DNA from: Macrostomum hystrix
Taxonomy: Eukaryota; Animalia; Platyhelminthes
Assembly: GCA_950097015.1 (NCBI GenBank)
Contig: CATNEN010000041.1
Span: 3,162,001-3,226,000, forward strand
Reading direction: 5' to 3'
Length of the DNA stretch: 64,000 bases
Shown: positions 45,683-57,995 of the stretch, piece after piece
Layout of the letters: each line of letters starts with the position of its first letter
Numbering within the stretch: position 1 is the first letter of the stretch
Notes under the pieces: generated by a model
What the model saw: only the letters and a program-made list of their open reading frames with translations
Database searches by the model: none
Told to the model about the DNA's origin: nothing
Translations under genes and position numbers: made by a program

Positions 45683-47002
45683 GGGTCATTCTCAAATTAA
45701 TGCTCGGAAATAGTGTGTTGTAAAAAAAGTTTTTGACAATTGCAAAAAACTTTATTTATTCTAATCTGTGTCTCTAGTAGAGTGCAAAATAGAAACCAGA
45801 ACCACAAAATAACATTAATATGGACCAGCATTTACATTTGTTTATTGCCTTCAAAAACACCGTAAATTATTTTGCTTTCTGACGTACATTTTGCTATTAG
45901 ATAAGGTCATACAAAAAGTGCATATTTTTTTTAGTTTTCGTATATTAAACATAGTTGTCTTATTTTAGAAAAATCTTTTATTATTGTTTTTTGTTATATC
46001 TAATAAAATTAACATAGTTAATGTACATTTTTTCTGAAAAAATTCAAAATTTTCCAAGGTCCAGAAGCTTCGAACAATTGGAATGTATACATATAGCACA
46101 ATTTTTATTTAATTGGCCGTCAAGGAAATTCTTGTAATAAAATGAAGCAATGATGATATGAAATTCAGAGGTGCGTGTCTTGTCAATAAAAATTCACATT
46201 TTTACACTATTTTGGCATTTCTTATGTCATGAAATCTCCTTTCCAGACACAAAAAATGTTACAATAAGCAAATTATGGTGTATCTTTCATTTTCTATAAT
46301 AATTAGAAATATTCAAAACACGTAGATTTATTCCTTAGGAAGGTGGCATCATATCTGTAATATTTCCATGTATTAAGGTACCAGTATATGCGAGAAATCT
46401 TTTTTCTTGACAGTGTTGTTGTGCATAAGCATTCGAGTCGATTTTTATATTTTTTATGTTTGCTGTTTTTAAATACAATTAGTATATTGCTAATAATTAC
46501 GAATTAATTCAGATACAGTATCGTGATATAAATATTTATAAGAGAATGCGAATTGCTTCTGTCTTTTTATTTTATTCGCTTTCAAAAATGGAGCTTCAAT
46601 ACCTCACAGAATTTATTTACCTTTTAGTTTTCAAATGAAATACTTCGAAAAAAGCTGAGTCACAGCACTTAGTGGCATAAATTTAATAGTCATTTTAGCT
46701 TAGATTACTTTTAAATTTATTAGATGGGAGTAGTACTTAATATTTTATCATAATTAAGCTTGCAGTCGTGAACTTTTATGGCAAATGCGCATGCGCGGAA
46801 AATTTAAAACTTCGCAAAAAAATTATTTGTGATTTTAAACAACGTAAGAATGCAGTAAAAACGCTATTTTTTCATTTTTTCAAATGTTTAGAAAACTTTC
46901 AAAAGTATTGAATCCTCGCAGCACACTTTAAAACGATAAAAATAGTGAAAAAAATATTTTTTTTGTTAATGCCTTCTCGGTACATAATTTTGAGAATGAC
47001 CC
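45683..47002. mobile_element. Non-autonomous TIR element nested in the Tc1 right TIR (Sola2-like ends, tentative)
   Basis: Ends GGGTCATTCTCAAA / TTTGAGAATGACCC; 4-bp TSD TGGG (45679-82 and 47003-06); AT-rich interior with no ORF. GRG termini with a 4-bp TSD fit Sola2 (inference). Confidence 0.8.
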
Positions 47003-47220
47003 TGGGCCGTTCCGTTTTGCATGTCCACTGTTCCACATAGCGCGACAAAAGCAATAACTACATGTATCTATACAAATTAATAATTTTTCAATACTTTTAA
47101 TTCAAGTTACTCAGTAAATAGCACTTACTGAATAAACTTGTGCTTTTGTTAAATGCATTTTACATTTTCCTGCTGCACCTTTCAGCCTACAGTTAGCGGC
47201 TCGTGTGCATTTGTTAAACA

Positions 47221-50200
47221 ATGAGCCAGCATGAGCCAGATTCTCCAGCCAGATCTGCTGAGCAACAGCATCAGCCACGCAAATTTTACGAGCTACCAAG
47301 GCAAGACAGCCAGCAGTCAGCAACTGAAGAAGCCAATGACAAGGCCAGCTGTCACACGCTGCTGGATTATATCAACAGGTTAGCCAATGGCCATTGCCAG
47401 ATAAACTGTGTAGCTTTAAAGTACAATATATATTAGTGAGAGTCGAGGAGAGCGCTATGAGCGTTAGTCGCACTTCATTTTCGAATTCTCGAGTCGCTTA
47501 ATATATATATACCTGCTTTCCTATGCTGGCCAGGTCTGTCATCGGCTCCCATTTGCCTTTCAATGGTCCGTTCGGCCTGCGTCACGTGATCTACTGCGAC
47601 TACACGGCATCAGGTCGGTCGCTGAGCTTCATCGAGGACTACATCCGCGATGAGGTGCTGCCCCATTATGGCAACACGCACACCACTACTGGCGTGACTT
47701 CGCTCCAGACCACGATGTTCCGGCATGAGGCCAAGGACATTGTTAGAAACTGCTGCCGTGCCAGCGACCTTGATGCTGTTATCTTTACAGGCAGCGGCTG
47801 CACCGGTGCTGTGCACAAACTCATACACAACCTGCAGCTCAAGGTGCCTCCAGTAAGTGGTCGGGCTGGATTTTCTAAATCTTAAAAAGCATTTTGCATC
47901 GCATTTAATTGTTCCGTGCATGAGTGCGTCATCAGGTATTCCATTGCTCTAATCCTCCCACACTGCAGATCGTATTCGTGGGCCCTTATGAGCACCACTC
48001 GAACCTGCTGCCATGGCAGGAGGTGGCCGCCCAGGTCATCCGTGTGGAGCCAACTTCAGAAGGCGCTGTTAACATGGAGCAGCTTGAGCAGCTTCTCAAG
48101 GAGGTGGCCGCTGAACCCGGTGCAAGTCCGGACCGCCGCATCATCGGCTGCTTTGCCGCAGCCTCCAACATCACCGGCGTGCTCAGCGACACGGTCCGCC
48201 TGGCCTGCTTGCTGCACAGCTACGGCGCCCTTGCCTTCTTCGACTACGCCGCCGCTGCACCCTACATCCCCATCGACATGAACCCCGTGGAGAATTCCGG
48301 ACTGTCCTACAAGGATGCTGTGTACTTCTCCTTCCACAAGTTCGTCGGCGGTGTCCAGACACCCGGTGCGCTGATTGTGAAGCGAGCACTGCTCAGCAGT
48401 CCCGTGCCTGACGGTGTGGGCGGTGGCACCGTGTTCTTCGTCCGGCGCGAGCGTCGCATTTTCCTTGACGATGCCGAGAATCGGGAGGAGGGCGGCACGC
48501 CAGCCATCGTGGAGAGCATCCGCGCCGGCCTGGTCTTGCAGCTAAAGCGGGCTGTCGGGCCCGAGCTGCTGGCCAAGCGGGAGCAGCAGCTCTGCGACCT
48601 GGCGTGGCGAGAGCTGCAGGGAGCTGAGGGTATTGTGGTGCTAGGCGGTCGCGAGCTGCCACGCCTGCCGCTGTTCAGCTTCGTAGTGCGGCATCCGGCA
48701 ACTGGGTTGCTACTGCATCACATGGTGAGCTGGGTTGCACGCCTACTGGGAATTGCGTGCCGTCCATGTGAGCAGTTGCAGAGAATGAACTCCGGTCTGT
48801 TTACTTCTATCCTGTCCGAAAATGCGATTGGCAAATTGGCCGGCTATTTGAGCCGCTAGCTGCACCTGTTACCCCTGCATTTTCGGCTTTAGCAAAGCTT
48901 TTTACCTGCCTAAAGAATTGAAATAGAAAGGGATTTAAAATGCACTTCCACTCCATTGGGATTCGAGATGCACTTCCACTCCATTGGGATTCGAGATGTA
49001 CTTCCACTCCATTGGGATTCGAGATGCACTTCCACTCCATTGGGATTCGAGATGCATTTCCAATCCATTGGGATTCGAGATGCACTTCCACTCCATTGGG
49101 ATTCGAGATGCACTTCCAATCCATTGGGATTCGAGATGCATTTCCAATCCATTGGGATTCTAGATGCACTTCCACTCCATTGGGATTCGAGATGCACTTC
49201 CAATCCATTGGGATTCGAGATGCACTTCCACTCCATTGGGATTCGAGATGCACTTCCACTTTATTGGGATTCGAGATGCATTTCCACACCATTGGGATTA
49301 GAAAGTTCTCAATCTCAAGTCGTCCGTTCCACCAATCATCCGCTGCCCTCAGTTCGTCGCTACACTGCTGAACGACCTGTTCGGCATCCAGGCCCGCGGT
49401 GGCTGCGCTTGCGCCGGTCCCTACGCGATGGACCTGCTGGGCATTGAAGAGCCGCTGGCTGAGCGCCTCGAAGCTGCTCTGGTTGGTCGCAGCGGCATGG
49501 GGCAGTTCTTGCGCAGCAAGTACTTTGACTATCCGCACCGGGAACTCCTGCGACCCGGCTTCGTGCGCATCAATCTTCCCTTCTTCATGCCCGACCAGGA
49601 GGCGGTCTTTGTTTTGCGCTGCCTACGTTGGGTTGGCGAGCACGGCTGGAAACTTCTGCCGCTGTACCGTGTCAACCCGGAAACCGCAGAATGGCGCGCC
49701 ATCGGTTTCGACCCGTTCCCCGAGCGGCACTGGCTCAGCCGGGTGTCCTACACCAGCGGCGCCATGAACTACCCGGCCTCCGGGGCCGGCGGGGGCTGTG
49801 GTCCGGGCCGGCAGCGCCGACAGTCATCCTCAAGGTTTTTGTCTGAAGCTTTGTTTCATTTGCGACTTATGATTGATTTGCGGCCTTTCGGTTATGTTCG
49901 AGGCACAGTCCAGTGAAAGAATTTCACTTCACTGGTGCAACTGTCTCAGTGCCTCAATGGAGGCTCGCTTTTAACATTTTTGTATATAGAGGTGCCCTTG
50001 TATAGTATATACAAGGTGATGAGTACTGGACTCCAAGCTTCACCTTCGCCACTGTCGCAGGTCGCACGACTTCGCCCAACTCATGGCCGAGGCGGACGAA
50101 CTAATCCGCCGCTCCGTCCCGCATGGGGGCAGCCGGCGCCACCCGGATGCCACGCAAATGTTTGACGATGAATCTGGCCGCCTGCGCTGGTTCCTCCTGC

Positions 50201-52311
50201 CGTGTGAGGCCGAGGCCGCATGCGCCGGCAACTGCCTGCCCGCGGCCGCAGCCTCACCTGTGCAGCCTGGCCGCCTGCTTCCAGTGTTCCCTGCGACTGG
50301 TGCTCCCGACTCCGTTGAGCAAACTTCTCCGGCACTGCCAACGCCTACGCCACCCTCGTCTCCTAAAGTTCCCGTCTGCGGCCTCCGCAACCGCCGGCAG
50401 CAGCCGCGGAGCCCGGAAAAGCAGCCTCAGCCGCAGCAGGCTAAAAGGCGGAAGCCGCAGCTGAGCCAGCAGCAGCTGCTAGAGAAGCGGCGCCGCAAGC
50501 TGTGCCGGCCCGGCACATTGTGGCGCTGCCCGCCTCGCGCCATCTTCCGGCCCTTCCTGGAGGCCATGGACGAGTTCAACATGATTCGCGATGGCGACCG
50601 CGTGCTGATCTGCTTGTCTGGTGGCAAAGACTCACTCAGCCTGCTGCACGCGCTGCATCAGTACCAGGCCTACACTGATCGCACCCCGGGTCCCCGCTTC
50701 CAGCTCGCCGCGTGCACCGTGGACCCAATCAGCAACTCGTACGACCCATCGCCACTAATTGGGTACCTGGAACGCCTGGGCGTTACCTACTATTTTGAGC
50801 GCCAACCAATCATGGAGGAGGCGGCAAAGTAAGCCCTATCTGGTAGCGATTATCGCTGATTGGATCGGATGTTCACCCTTTATTCATGGCTAGGCCAGGA
50901 CCAACCCATATTCAGGGCTAGGCCAGGACCAACCCGATATTCAGGGCTAGTCCAGGACCAACCCGATATTCAGGGCTAGGCCAGAACCAGTCCTATATTC
51001 AGGGCTAGGCCAGGACCAACCCGATATTCAGGGCTAGGCCAGGACCAACCCGATATTCAGGGCTAGGCCAGGACCAAACCGATATTCAGGTCTAGGCCAG
51101 GACCAAACCGATATTCAGGGCTAGGCCAGGACCAACCCTTATTCAGGCTAGGCCAGGACCAGTCCTATATTCAGGGCTAGGCCAGGACCAACCCTCCATA
51201 ACCTCGGTTCTTGGTGGCAAGTGCCGAGCTTCCCTTCATTGTCCTTTTTGTCCAGCCTGTTCGTTTTAAATCTTGTAAGTATTTGGTACTCTTTAGATTA
51301 TTATTCTTCTTCTTCTTATTATTATTATTATTATTATTATTCTTCTTCTTCTTCTATCCGTGAAAGAGTGACGGAAACCATTTTTATCCACCTGTCCGCA
51401 TTCAGTGATGTGCACCACAAAGGTTAAACTTTGTTCCATAGTTTTAGCATGAGTCTGGGGCCTCCGGCACTCATCATGATCTTGCATCGGGTGAGCTGCC
51501 AAGTTTTGAGCTTTAGTATCTTGTTTAAGGAAGCTCTCAAACTGTGGCTGGATAAATTTCTGTATTTCCCGTCTGTATTTCCTAACTATGAGCATGGCGT
51601 CAATCCCATACAGAATCAGCACTGCTGTTTGTGTAGAGCTCTGCTTTTTGTCTTGATTAAAAGCTTCTTAGGAAAAAGTTTAGAACCCACTAAGGTCTCA
51701 GCGGTGTCCTACCCTGCTGTCCTTCCTGTAGGGTGGACTGCGACTCCATCTGCGCCTACTGCGCCCGCATGAAGCGCGGCCGCCTGTACGCCACGTCCAG
51801 GCTCCACGGCTACAACGTTCTGGCGATGGGCCAGCACCTGGATGACCTGGCAGAGAGCTTCCTCATGTCCGCCTTCCACAATGGCTGCTTGCGCACTATG
51901 AAGGCCAATTACACCGTGGAAACCGGTGACCTCCGCGTCATTCGGCCCTTCGTATACGTGCGCGAGAGCAGCACCAGGGAGTTCGCGGACCTGGCCGGCC
52001 TGCCCGTCATACCGGACAACTGTCCGGCCTGCTTCCGGACACCCACAGAGCGATTCCGCGTCAAGCAGCTGCTGGCCGAGCAGGAGTGCCTGTTCCCCGA
52101 CCTGTACTCCAGCCTGCGGGCCTGCATGCGGCCGCTGTTCGGCCTGCCCGGCCGGGGCGCCGCTCTCGCTGCGGCTGCCGGCTCCCCGTCCTCTGAGCCT
52201 CGGAGCCTGCGCAGCCTGCTGCCCAGCCTGGCCTCCGTACTGATGTTTCTGCTGACCCTGGCCCTGGCTGCCTACGTCTACCGAGTACAGCAGCCGGCCA
52301 GGGCTGTGTGA
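47221..52311 (+). CDS. Fusion protein: class-V PLP aminotransferase/cysteine-desulfurase-like + TtcA-type tRNA 2-thiocytidine synthetase-like domain, with C-terminal TM helix (~1020 aa)
   Basis: Exons 47221-47378, 47534-47852, 47969-48724, 49353-49834, 50061-50828 and 51732-52311 are all phase-compatible (3063 nt). N-half: YCDYTASG, GNTHT, FDYAAAAPY, SFHKFVGG (PLP Lys), RGGCACAG. C-half: LSGGKDS PP-loop, CAYCARMKRG, GQHLDD, VIRPF, CPAC. The exon 4 donor (GTTTTT) is weak. Confidence 0.88.
48940..49297. repeat. 28-bp minisatellite, ~12.5 copies (intron 3)
   Basis: Unit gatgcacttcca(c/a)tccattgggattcga. Confidence 0.93.
50886..51193. repeat. 29-bp minisatellite, ~10.5 copies (intron 5)
   Basis: Unit agggctaggccaggaccaacccgatattc. 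Confidence 0.92.
51297..51355. repeat. Compound (TAT)n/(TCT)n microsatellite
   Basis: Alternating attattatt and tcttcttct blocks. Confidence 0.9.
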
Positions 52312-53379
52312 GCACGTGCTCACTGCATTGTTGGTTTGTGTGGCACGGTTGTTGGTACCCTAGTTCCACACGCAAGCAATCCCGTTGTCTGGAATGAACT
52401 TTAAAAAACTTTTGTTGTAAGTCTTGTGCGCTTTTACACACTTCAATTAGTTGGCTTGCCGGTATTCGTACTCCACTGACAGAACAATTCCCGCTTCTTG
52501 TATTCAAATAAGCTTCTTCAGTTATATCACTGCACGTCACTACCTGTCCGTCTTTTTGTTTTGTGACGTGTCTAGTTTTTAGATTTCGCCTGCTGAATAT
52601 GAATTTCGACATCGCGAGTGTTTTTAATAGACGTAGTCTGCTTTATGTTTTTCATGAGTTTGTTGTTTGTCTTCACTGAATTACCGTGACACCTGATATC
52701 TGTTTTCCTAGACACTCGCTTTACACGGCTTTATGGTCCCGTCAGCATGTATGCACCTCAATATCTGTAACCGGCTGTCTAGCACACTCCTATTTAGCAA
52801 TCAGCTGGGAAAATTTATGAGGTCTCTGAGGTAAAAGTGGTAAAGGGAATTTATCACTTTATTTTCCGTGGCAAAACTCGGACTGTTGCTTTCTGTGCTT
52901 TCTTCTTCCTCATGCCCACATGCGAATCTTGCTGTCGGCCCTTATGTTTAGTCACAGAGAGCAGTCAGCGGTCGGATGCTTCTTGTTCCTTCTGTCAGCT
53001 TTGAGCCATTCCATTCCTGGCCCTTGGCTTTCGATTTAAGAATGAACCTGTGTCAGCTACATGTTATAATTGTCGATTTTAGACGATATGTTTATTTTTA
53101 GAGCATCGGCGATGGTATTTGTTTGTGCTTCAAAAAGTACACCCACGCGAAAGCTGTGCGCCAAGCAAATTTTGCTCGATTGGCTTGATTTATTGAACTC
53201 ATTGAATTCGGCGTTCGGTGTGCCTTTCTGTATTGTTCCTTTTTTTACATCCGGTATCTAAACAGGAAATTATCTTAGTATTATGTAGCGCCTGTGTTTC
53301 TCAGGTCGACTGCTCGCCAAGGCCGTTGTGTTTGAAGCCGTCTCACCCTCCTCCCCCGGCCCTGCTCAGGGTTGAGGAT

Positions 53380-53840
53380 CTGGGGTAGAGGAGCGGAGGG
53401 TAGAGGAGCGGGGTAGAGTAGCAGGGCCAGTGGAGGAGCAGTGCCAGTAGAGGAGCAAGGGTAGAGTAGCAGGGCCTGTGGAGGAGCAAGGGTAGAGTAG
53501 CAGGGCCAGTGGAGGAGCAGGGCCAGTAGAGTAGCAGGGGTAGAGGAGCAGTGGGTAGTGGAGCAGGGGTAGAGGAGCAGGGGGTAGTGGAGCAGGGGGT
53601 AGAGAAGCAGGGCCATTAGAGGAGCAAAGGTTGAGTGGCAGGGCCAGTAGGGGAGCAGGGGGCAGAGTAGCAGGGGTAGAGGAGCAGTGGGTAGTGGAGC
53701 AGGGGGTAGTGGAGCAGAGTTAGAGGAGCAGAGGTAGAGAAGCAGGGCCAGTAAAGTAGTAAGGGTAGAGTAGCAGGGGGCAGAGGAGCCGGGGTAGAGG
53801 AGCTGGTGTAAAGAAGCAGGGCCAGTGGGTAGAGGAGCCT
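53380..53840. repeat. Degenerate purine-rich repeat (gggtagaggagca family)
   Basis: Irregular 13-26-nt units of gggtagag(g/t)agcag. Confidence 0.8.
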
Positions 53841-55586
53841 GTATACAAAGAAAAATTTATATTCACCCAGAGCTCGATTCTTAATACTATTAAGAATAAA
53901 CATTATTTAAAAAAACTGCAAAGACCAATTGCCTCTGAAGTTCAACTAAAATTTCTGACCAACTGATCAGCTTGATTGCAACAGAGGTTTTGTCAATTTT
54001 CATTGCGATTGTTTCAGTAGAAGTGTCTGCCTGCGAATGTCAAGCTGGCTCTCTTAAATACACTGGAGATACAAACACACTTTAACCTTGAATAACTCGC
54101 AGAAGCTTTGATTATTCAGTCTGAAATTTTACAAATCTAGTCAACTCGATTGTATCAGAGGTTTTGTAAATTTTGATTGCAATTGTTGCAGTAGAAGTTT
54201 ATTTTTGAAAGTACAAGAAAATACACTGCGGAGATAGGAGCAAACTTCAAAGCTGTGTAATAAATAATATTTTTTGGAACGTTATCTTAGTTGCATCCGA
54301 AGATCTGTTAAGTTTCGCTGTAATTGAATGGTTATTTTTTAAGTTACAATGCTCTTGTTTGAATGTGAATGTCAATCAGGAAATTAATACGTGACGAGTA
54401 AGCGCAATGAGCACTAGATTCTTAAAAGCTCTGCATTTAATGAACGAACCGCTTAGTGTATCTTTAAATATATTTAATAAAATGAAAACTATTACACTGT
54501 TTCACCAGATGCTTGTATTTTTTGTCATAATAATTAATATTAGTTTCATTTTAACACTGAAGCATCACTTTAAGTTAAATCCAAAGTAAGGCAACGTATC
54601 TATGTAAACAATTAAAACAGTAGCTATTATCTATTAGTTGACAAATTACGAAATGACTGTAAAATATGCGTGAGCTTTTTTTGTCTAGTCTTCTGTGCAA
54701 TAAGTGGTCCTTATTGCCATGGTACCATAGCAATAGGTCCTTGTTTGCAAGTTATTGGCATGATACAGCGGCAATAATACTGCTTGGCATAATGTCATGA
54801 TACTGAGGCCGGCAAAGTCCTACTTTGAGGCCTGAGGCCTATTATTTAGTTTCATCATAATAACTTATATTTAACTATAAAATGTAGTAAAAAGAAAAAT
54901 GAGCAGACTACAAAAATCAATGCTTTATAGAGGATAGGCCCTAATAACTAAAAAATAGTGCAGTACAGTAGGCCTAGCTAGATAATTATTATTAGTTGTA
55001 TAGGCTACTATTTTGCTCTGGTTAAAGGCCAGTTATGGCTGTTATGCCAATAAGAATGCAAATATATTTTGTGTAAAGTAATAAAACAAATTCATTAAAA
55101 ATGGATAGGAAAGACAGTAGGTCTAAAATGAACAATTCATTTTAATGAATAAGTATTAGTATTGTAGGAGATAAGTGGGTGGTGAAATTTTGAAATACTG
55201 AAATAAAAAGACAAAAAATATGAGACAGAAAAAACTGTTTAAAGCTAGCATTTAACTTAAGTTTGTGCAAGATTTGACCAAGTATTTTAATGACAAGCTA
55301 TTCACAAGTTTGCTTTCATGAACTTATTTAAACATTTGCTGCAAATGTTTATTGTACAAATGATTTGCATTAAGCAAGATTGATAAATATATAATTTGTG
55401 TTTTGGTAAATAAATTAATTTAATATAATAAAATTCACCATTGGCATGAAGAATGATGATAGATTTGTCATAGTGCTTCTGTCTTTAATTATTGTTTGAA
55501 TAATAGTGCTGAGAATATATTTTTTATATATATTATATATAGGCCTATATATATATATATATATATTATTAAATTTTTATATATTA

Positions 55587-56544
55587 TGTAACAGTTAGCC
55601 ACTTTATAAATACGTTCTTTCTATTATAAAAATTGTAAAAATAAATAAAATCAAAAATGCGCCAAAAAAATAATTTTTGTTCATCTTTGTACCGCATTGA
55701 AAGTAATGCTTATGTAAATAATTTTGTTTTAATACTGTATCCTGTAAATAATACTTTGTAAAATATTATCGTTTTAACAAAATGTCAATTTGCTCTGTAT
55801 AAATAGCCGCGAGTTTTGACCAGGAAAAATAAAGGGTTGGGACAAACAAACCAGAGTGTTAAAGAGTCTAAAGTGTCTCTGAAGTTTTCTTGTAAGAAGT
55901 TGAAGTTAAAGACAAGTGTTTTAAGGTGTTTTCAAGAGTTTAAAGAGTGAGTTTAAAGTGAGATAATTTGAAGTGTGTAAAGAGTTGAAATTGAAGGAGT
56001 TTTAGTGTGTTTGTAAAGAGTTTTTAAGTGTGTTAAAAAGCAAATTTCCGAAGGTATTGCATTGTGTTATTCATTTTAAGAAGAAATAGCAGTGAGAGAT
56101 ATAATCAGAATTATACTCAGGAATTATACTAAGAATATTACAGAAGAGAAACTGCTAAACTCTAATCTCGGGGACGCCTAATTGACTGGAAATGTGTACA
56201 GTTGCCTAGTTACCGCTCGTGCATATATAAACGCTACCATTTGAGAAGTTAAAACGGCCCATTTAAGGACCGCCATTTAAAATTATCTATTAGTTGAGTC
56301 AACAGCAGTGGAATTATTAAAATAGCCCAAGAACAACTTTGGTGGCATTCAGTAGAATTAAGTAAAAAGAAGTAAAGCCCTGCAACAACTTTGGTAACAG
56401 CGGTGGGATAGTTAATTTCCACCTGTAACAACTTCGGTGTCAGCGTCAGCGATAGAATAAAAGTTAAACTATTTAAATAAGGCCTGCAACAACTTTGATA
56501 ACAGCGGTGGGATTAATATTGAATAAGAGGAAAGCCCTGCAACA
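55587..56544 (+). mobile_element. Solo LTR (958 bp) of a related gypsy family
   Basis: TGTAACAG...CTGCAACA ends; 4-bp TSD ATTA (55583-86 and 56545-48); TATAAATA at 55798. Shares the aacgctacca motif and ACAACTTTGGT cassettes with the full-length element's LTR. Confidence 0.82.
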
Positions 56545-57037
56545 ATTATATTATTTTAAAAGAATTTCTTGGTAGTATATGTGTGTTTAGTTAGTCTAAG
56601 TATTGTATTTAGTTGGTTTAAGTATTGCATATTTAGTTATTCTGGGTAGAGTATTTAGTCAGTCTATATAGCATATTTTGTTATTCTGTCCAACTACTTT
56701 TATTGTATATATGTATTTCTGAGTATAGCCTATAGGCTTTCCAAAGAGTATTACTAATGATCTCAAGTGTACAGCAATATCTTCTACTTCTCTCTTGAAT
56801 TCTCTTTGTATCTGTCTCTATATGTTTTATAAAGAATAATAGAACACTTCTGAGAATTATATACAAATTCAGTATAAAACCACGTCCATTTTCTTTTGCT
56901 ATACTCAGCTGTATTTATACTTATTTTGTAATAAAAATGTTTACACATTTAAACAAATTATTATATGGTATAACAAATATTCATTCATTAAATAGGTCAC
57001 TTAAAAAATATATTTTACTGTATAGTTTTTAAGAAAT

Positions 57038-57995
57038 GTGATACTCAAAAATGATATATTACAGATTGATTAAGTAACATTTAGGTTGAGGAAAAAAAGT
57101 AGGAAAATAAAAAAAGATAACAAGCAAGAGCAAGTTTTCAACAATTAAAACTTAGAAGGCAATTAGAATTAGAATTACAATTACAATTAGAAGGCAATAT
57201 AATGAATCAAGTAAAGGGGGAACAAAAGAAATTAATAAGTTTCAATATTACAACTCCCAAGATGATTAAAAGGTTTGGGTATTGAGTCACAGTGACAAAC
57301 AGCAAGCAGGGTATTAAATGCTCCAAAAAAGATTATGATTACAAAATAGCATTTAGCATAGGATTTCAGTTGGAAATAATTTTAATTTAGGTTATTTTGA
57401 GTTTTGCAAATCTCATCAATAGTTTCTAATTCTGATTTCATTTTACAGCATTTACACATAATGATAAAACTTTAAGGAAATAATCTGACAAAAATGTATT
57501 TCTTGAGAAACAGAGCTTTAAAGTTTTATATAAATATATGTTTAACCATCTATAACAGTTGGTATTCATAGTACCAGTATGAACATGCTTATATTAGTAG
57601 TAGTAGCATTGTTTGCAAAATATGCTTTGGTGTCCGCAACAAATAAAAATTGAATAAAATCAATCAAGCATTAACTATTTTGGGAATTTATAAATAAAGC
57701 TCAACAAAACTCAAGCAAGTAAATGACTCAAATAAAAACATGTTTTAACTAAAGCATTACATTTTTTCTTGTTTATAAATATTTTAAATATGAGATATGG
57801 TGCCGGTTTCAAAATATACAAGAAAACAGATAAGTTAACTTAAAGCTTGAGCATGCTAGAGATAATATTTAAGGTACTTAAGTAATGAGTGTAAAAGATG
57901 CCAAAGTAGGCATTGAAAGCACAGAGAGTTTAGGAAAAATGAAACTTTGTTTCCTCAACCTAATCAATCTGTAATAGATAATTTTTGAGTATCAC
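57038..57995. mobile_element. MITE-like element with ~55-bp imperfect TIRs
   Basis: gtgatactcaaaaatgatatattacagattgatta...ggttgaggaaa (57038-57095) is the reverse complement of tttcctcaacctaatcaatctgtaatagataatttttgagtatcac (~57948-57995). No TSD established. Confidence 0.65.

Larger units (their letters stand above)
44183..47054 (+). mobile_element. IS630/Tc1/mariner-type DNA transposon, decayed
   Basis: TA flanks on both sides. Outer TIR 44183-44234 pairs with 47003-47054; inner TIR 44235-44341 pairs with 45571-45678. The right TIR is split by a nested insertion. Confidence 0.88.

Noticed and set aside
47221-52311. Bacterial contamination or recent HGT as source of the TtcA-like gene
   Set aside because: Five spliceosomal introns, host-type minisatellites in introns and host-like low-complexity linkers; ancient transfer cannot be judged without a phylogeny.
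56320-56544. CRISPR array call for the repeat-spacer-like cassettes (also 35541-35670)
   Set aside because: Eukaryotic context, no cas genes, and the repeats are explained as LTR att ends plus PBS; reported as an LTR feature instead.
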